A DNA stretch of 53,124 nucleotides from Actinomycetota bacterium (GTDB taxonomy: Bacteria > Actinomycetota > Acidimicrobiia > Acidimicrobiales > Ilumatobacteraceae). Positions within the stretch are counted from its first letter, which is position 1; every line of letters begins with the position of its first letter. The stretch spans positions 1-53,124 of the forward strand of contig JADWMG010000001.1 in the NCBI GenBank assembly GCA_015767405.1, written 5' to 3'. Shown here in pieces: positions 50,204 to 53,124 of the stretch. Both the position numbers and the translations under genes were made by a program. Under the pieces are notes generated by a model. The model saw only the letters and a program-made list of their open reading frames with translations. It ran no database searches and had not been told where the DNA came from.

Positions 50204-51019
50204 TCAGGGTGAGGGTGTCACCAGTTGGCCACGTAACTGATCAATCACCGTGTCGGTGAGCCCGAGGCCGTTTCGGAAATAGATGTCGAGCGACCCGTAG
50301 TCCGCAACCATCTGATCTCGGCTGGCGTCGATGTAGCGCCCGTCTTGGACCATGAACGCCTCCATGTTGGTCATGTCGACATCGTTCGGATCGACCCCTC
50401 GAGCCAGCGCGGCGACGGAGCGCATCTTGGCGAGCCGCTTCTCGACTTCGGCGGCGCGGACGCTGTTGGACACTAGGTAGTCGCCGCGAACCGTTCCCCA
50501 GTCGACGCCGAGCACGGAGAGCAGTATTGCCGCCGCGGTTCCGGTTCGGTGAACGCCGTGGGAGCAATGGAAGACGAGAGGGCGATTGAGCGGGTCGGCG
50601 ATGAGTCGCATCAACTCGCCATACTGCTCGCGCCCGTCAACGACGAGCAGTCGGTGGATGTCGAGGTTCAACTTGGGCGGAATCGACGAGAAGTCGCCGG
50701 TGGCCAGTGCGGCCCGCGCCTGGGTCGCCAGTTGGGTCGCCGTGTCGCTGTCGATCGGCAACTCGACGAGCCGTCCACCTGGCGGTAGTCGATCTGGACC
50801 GTATTCCTCGACGTCTTCGACCGTGAGCAGCGTGACCACCGTTCGGATGCCAAGCTCTTCGATTCTTGCGAGATCGGCATCGGTTAGCCCAGCGAGCCTT
50901 CCGGAGCGGTACACCTCTCCCGATTTCACGACACCCTCGGCCGCGGTGTAGCCGCCGAGGTCCCGGAAATTGGTGGCACCGTGCAGTTGGACAATCTTCG
51001 GCTGGTCGTTTTCGCGCAT
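50204..51019 (-). CDS. protein-tyrosine phosphatase (Y_phosphatase3-type)
   Basis: An NFRDLGG motif and an intact HCX5R P-loop (FHCSHGVHRTG) are present. Confidence 0.8.
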   Translation of the reverse strand: MRENDQPKIVQLHGATNFRDLGGYTAAEGVVKSGEVYRSGRLAGLTDADLARIEELGIRTVVTLLTVEDVEEYGPDRLPPGGRLVELPIDSDTATQLATQARAALATGDFSSIPPKLNLDIHRLLVVDGREQYGELMRLIADPLNRPLVFHCSHGVHRTGTAAAILLSVLGVDWGTVRGDYLVSNSVRAAEVEKRLAKMRSVAALARGVDPNDVDMTNMEAFMVQDGRYIDASRDQMVADYGSLDIYFRNGLGLTDTVIDQLRGQLVTPSP

Positions 51020-51186
51020 CCCGCTCTCCGTTTCAGATCGCGCTCAGGCTATGAGTTCGATATTGATGCGTCAACAGTTGTCAGGGCAAGCAGGGTTGAT
51101 CTCGCGGACTCAGCGATGCAAGCCCCGAGGGCTGGACTCGCGATAGCAACTTCGACCCCGATCCGTACGACGAGTGGTTCACAACT

Positions 51187-51444
51187 GTGCGCCTGCCCGA
51201 CGAGCTGGCAGATGATGTCGAAGCCGTCGCACGCGTCCGCGGGCAGAGCGTCAATCAGCTCATCATCCACTCGCTTGCCACCGAAATCGCGCGTGTCTCC
51301 GGTGGAACGGTCTGGCTGTCGACCTGGTCGATTTCGGAGTTAAAAGTCAGTTACCGGGTGTGTCTTCGATTGCTTTGGCTGCACCGCCCACCCAATCATG
51401 GTCGTTTACCCCGGCGAGCAGTTCCGTCAACGCGGATGGCGTGA
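51187..51444 (+). CDS. possible ribbon-helix-helix (Arc/CopG-like) DNA-binding protein, probably degraded
   Basis: From GTG 51187 the sequence VRLPDELADDVEAVARVRGQSVNQLIIHSLATEIARV is RHH-like. The tail has no recognisable continuation and overlaps the convergent gene by about 100 nt. The +1 frame would stop at 51343. Confidence 0.3.
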   Translation: MRLPDELADDVEAVARVRGQSVNQLIIHSLATEIARVSGGTVWLSTWSISELKVSYRVCLRLLWLHRPPNHGRLPRRAVPSTRMA

Positions 51445-51595
51445 TATCGAGGTCCGGGAGGCGCCCGAGAACGAAGGCAGCGTAGTAGCTCGCCCAGTTT
51501 TCGTCCCGTACACCGTTCAGATAGACGGTCTGAAACTGATGATGGGAGGATTCAGCCTCGTTGAGTGTTGTTTCTAGCTTGTCAGTCGTGGGCAT
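51347..51595 (-). CDS. small hypothetical protein (82 aa)
   Basis: ATG 51595 is preceded by GGAGG seven nt upstream. The sequence begins MPTTDKLETTLNEAESSHHQFQTVYLNGVRDENWASYYAAFVLG... . The longer track ORF to 51781 is unlikely. Confidence 0.5.
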   Translation of the reverse strand: MPTTDKLETTLNEAESSHHQFQTVYLNGVRDENWASYYAAFVLGRLPDLDITPSALTELLAGVNDHDWVGGAAKAIEDTPGN

Positions 51596-51831
51596 GCGCG
51601 CCTCCGTTTGAGCAGATGGACTCTTCAACGGTAATGATCGATCGTCCGCACGGTCAACATCGAGGCATAACCGGGGGCGGTGACCGCCATACCTGGAGGA
51701 GCACTCACGACCGCCGCCCGATCCGCAAAGTTGACATCGACGACCAGTGTCCCACGACTGCGTACACGGTGGGACCGGCAACGCAGAGCCGACCCCGAAT
51801 CAGTTGAGTCGGCACGGTCGCCAGATCCCAT

Positions 51832-52626
51832 ATGGCCCGCAACCAGCAGACTTGGAATACATTTGGCGCGATGAGCGCTGCCCGCTACGACACCATCGGT
51901 CGCGAGTACGCGATTACCCGACGGGAGGACCCTTGGCTCCGCGATCGCATCTTCTCGGCCCTGGGCGATGCTGGCACCGTGGTCAATGTCGGTGCCGGGG
52001 CCGGCTCCTACGAACCCCGTGATCGACACGTACTTGCCATCGAACCCAGCGACGTCATGATCGCCCAACGGAGCGCCGACCTCGCTCCTGTGATCCGAGG
52101 ATCCTCTGCGCCGCTCCCGCTTCGAGACAACAGTGTTGATGCCGCGATGGCCATCCTCACGGTGCACCACTGGGACGATCAACTAGAGGTTGGCGTGCGT
52201 GAACTCCGACGCGTAGCTTGCGGGCCTGTTGTGATCGTGACGTACGACTCGGCCGTCAGCGCGAAGATGTGGCTGATGAGCGACTACCTCCCCGAGCTCG
52301 CCGCACTCGACCGTACGATCTTCCCCACCATCGACCAACTCGCTTACTGGCTCGGAGGAACCGTCGATGTCGAGACGATTCTCACCTCGCGAGACACTCC
52401 GGACTGGACGCTGGGCTCGTTCTGGGCGCATCCCGAACGCGTTCTCGATGAAGCGGCCCGCAACGCAACCTCTGGATTCGCACGCATGGAACCAACGGTG
52501 GTGAACCGCGTCGTCGCCGAGGTGGACAAGGATCTCCGGGATGGCTCGTGGGACCAGCGCAATGGCCACCTGCAGGACCTTCCGGCATTCGACGCAGGCC
52601 TGCGGCTACTTGTCGCGCACCCATGA
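51832..52626 (+). CDS. class I SAM-dependent methyltransferase
   Basis: Motif I is VVNVGAGAGSYEP. The protein is 264 aa and Methyltransf_11-like. Confidence 0.8.
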   Translation: MARNQQTWNTFGAMSAARYDTIGREYAITRREDPWLRDRIFSALGDAGTVVNVGAGAGSYEPRDRHVLAIEPSDVMIAQRSADLAPVIRGSSAPLPLRDNSVDAAMAILTVHHWDDQLEVGVRELRRVACGPVVIVTYDSAVSAKMWLMSDYLPELAALDRTIFPTIDQLAYWLGGTVDVETILTSRDTPDWTLGSFWAHPERVLDEAARNATSGFARMEPTVVNRVVAEVDKDLRDGSWDQRNGHLQDLPAFDAGLRLLVAHP

Positions 52627-52639
52627 GCTACAGCACGAA

Positions 52640-52997
52640 CTAGTCAACGGAGTCTCGCGGGACTATCCATTCGGTCGGTTGCCCGGTGATTGACCCTATG
52701 TGATCGAGGTCTGCGTCCTAATGCAGGACTGTCGGGGACTCTGATTCGGCGACCGCCGCAATGAGGAGATCTGGAACCTTTCGCCCTTCCAGCCCGGCCG
52801 CGGCCAGGCTGCGTTGAACCCGTCGCGATCGATCGAAGTGATGGGCTTCGACGTTCACGAGTCGGAATGCTTCGAGCGATCGGAGTAGCTCATTGAATTC
52901 TGTTTCGTTGCGAGCTGAAAACCCGACTTCGAGATCAGTCATTGACGTTCGTGCCAGCGTGATCGAGGATCTCTTGGATTGTTCGAGGCGTCGTCAT
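52640..52997 (-). pseudogene. PIN-domain (VapC-like) toxin gene disrupted by an in-frame amber codon and an N-terminal frameshift or deletion
   Basis: The 74-aa ORF 52718-52942 ends ...VPDLLIAAVAESESPTVLH-TAG. The same frame continues DADLDHIGSITGQPTEWIVPRDSVD to the TAG at 52640-52642, which restores the family motif LH(Y)D.D.D....TGQP..W. A 20-codon piece (ATG 52997) carrying ILD...TNV lies upstream in another frame. Confidence 0.6.
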
Positions 52998-53124
52998 TGC
53001 TCCAGAAACTTTGGTCGAGCGGGCATCGCGTGAACGAGGAATTCAATTCCTTCGGCTTCAGCGATGCCAGTCTCAAGCAGGCGGGCAGATTCATCCGGGC
53101 CGATCAGCATCGTGAGGTCATCAA
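52994..53124 (-). CDS. possible Phd/YefM-type antitoxin, C-terminal part (5' end lies outside the window)
   Basis: The minus-strand frame reads ...DDLTMLIGPDESARLLETGIAEAEGIEFLVHAMPARPKFLEQ*. Its stop overlaps the ATG of the PIN relic (ATGA). LIGPDESARLLET resembles the Phd/YefM core (vL.s.eeyerL.Et). Confidence 0.35.
   Translation of the reverse strand, partial: DDLTMLIGPDESARLLETGIAEAEGIEFLVHAMPARPKFLEQ

Overview
This is a high-GC, actinobacterial-type chromosomal segment made up mostly of core genes. In order it carries a LysM protein fragment and a cupin-like protein, a lone DUF559/AbiEi-like gene bracketed by hairpin repeats, and a fused B12-dependent acyl-CoA mutase with aat and a 3-hydroxybutyryl-CoA dehydrogenase. 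A seven-gene Mrp cation/proton antiporter operon follows, then a cyclophilin, a MoaD-like plus RsiG-like gene pair, mshA with a YbjN-like gene, proC, a DUF62 SAM hydrolase and an acyl-CoA synthetase. The haem genes are rex-hemA-hemC-hemD and hemB-hemL, separated by two accessory envelope genes. Next come a four-gene overlapping operon (epimerase, acyltransferase-like protein, hydrolase, FAD oxidoreductase), two M23 peptidase paralogs, and a sigH-rsrA-tilS string. After these are a MarR gene with a hydrolase, a secreted animal-haem-type peroxidase, a DUF1348-TetR-MOSC operon, a D-aminoacylase and a GT2/GT-C glycosylation pair. The 3' end looks eroded: a tyrosine phosphatase, a methyltransferase, a ribbon-helix-helix remnant and two decayed PIN-toxin copies. 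No rRNA, tRNA, CRISPR array or transposase was recognised. Nothing here is a clear novel multi-gene system. The most unusual signals are the locus-specific hairpin repeats around the DUF559 gene, the MoaD-like/RsiG-like pair with c-di-GMP-type motifs, the exact 55-bp hairpin duplication inside the accessory insertion in the hem cluster, a 16-bp perfect palindrome in a divergent promoter region, and the decayed toxin-antitoxin relics. All product calls come from motif recognition by eye and no database search was run. Several start codons are uncertain.
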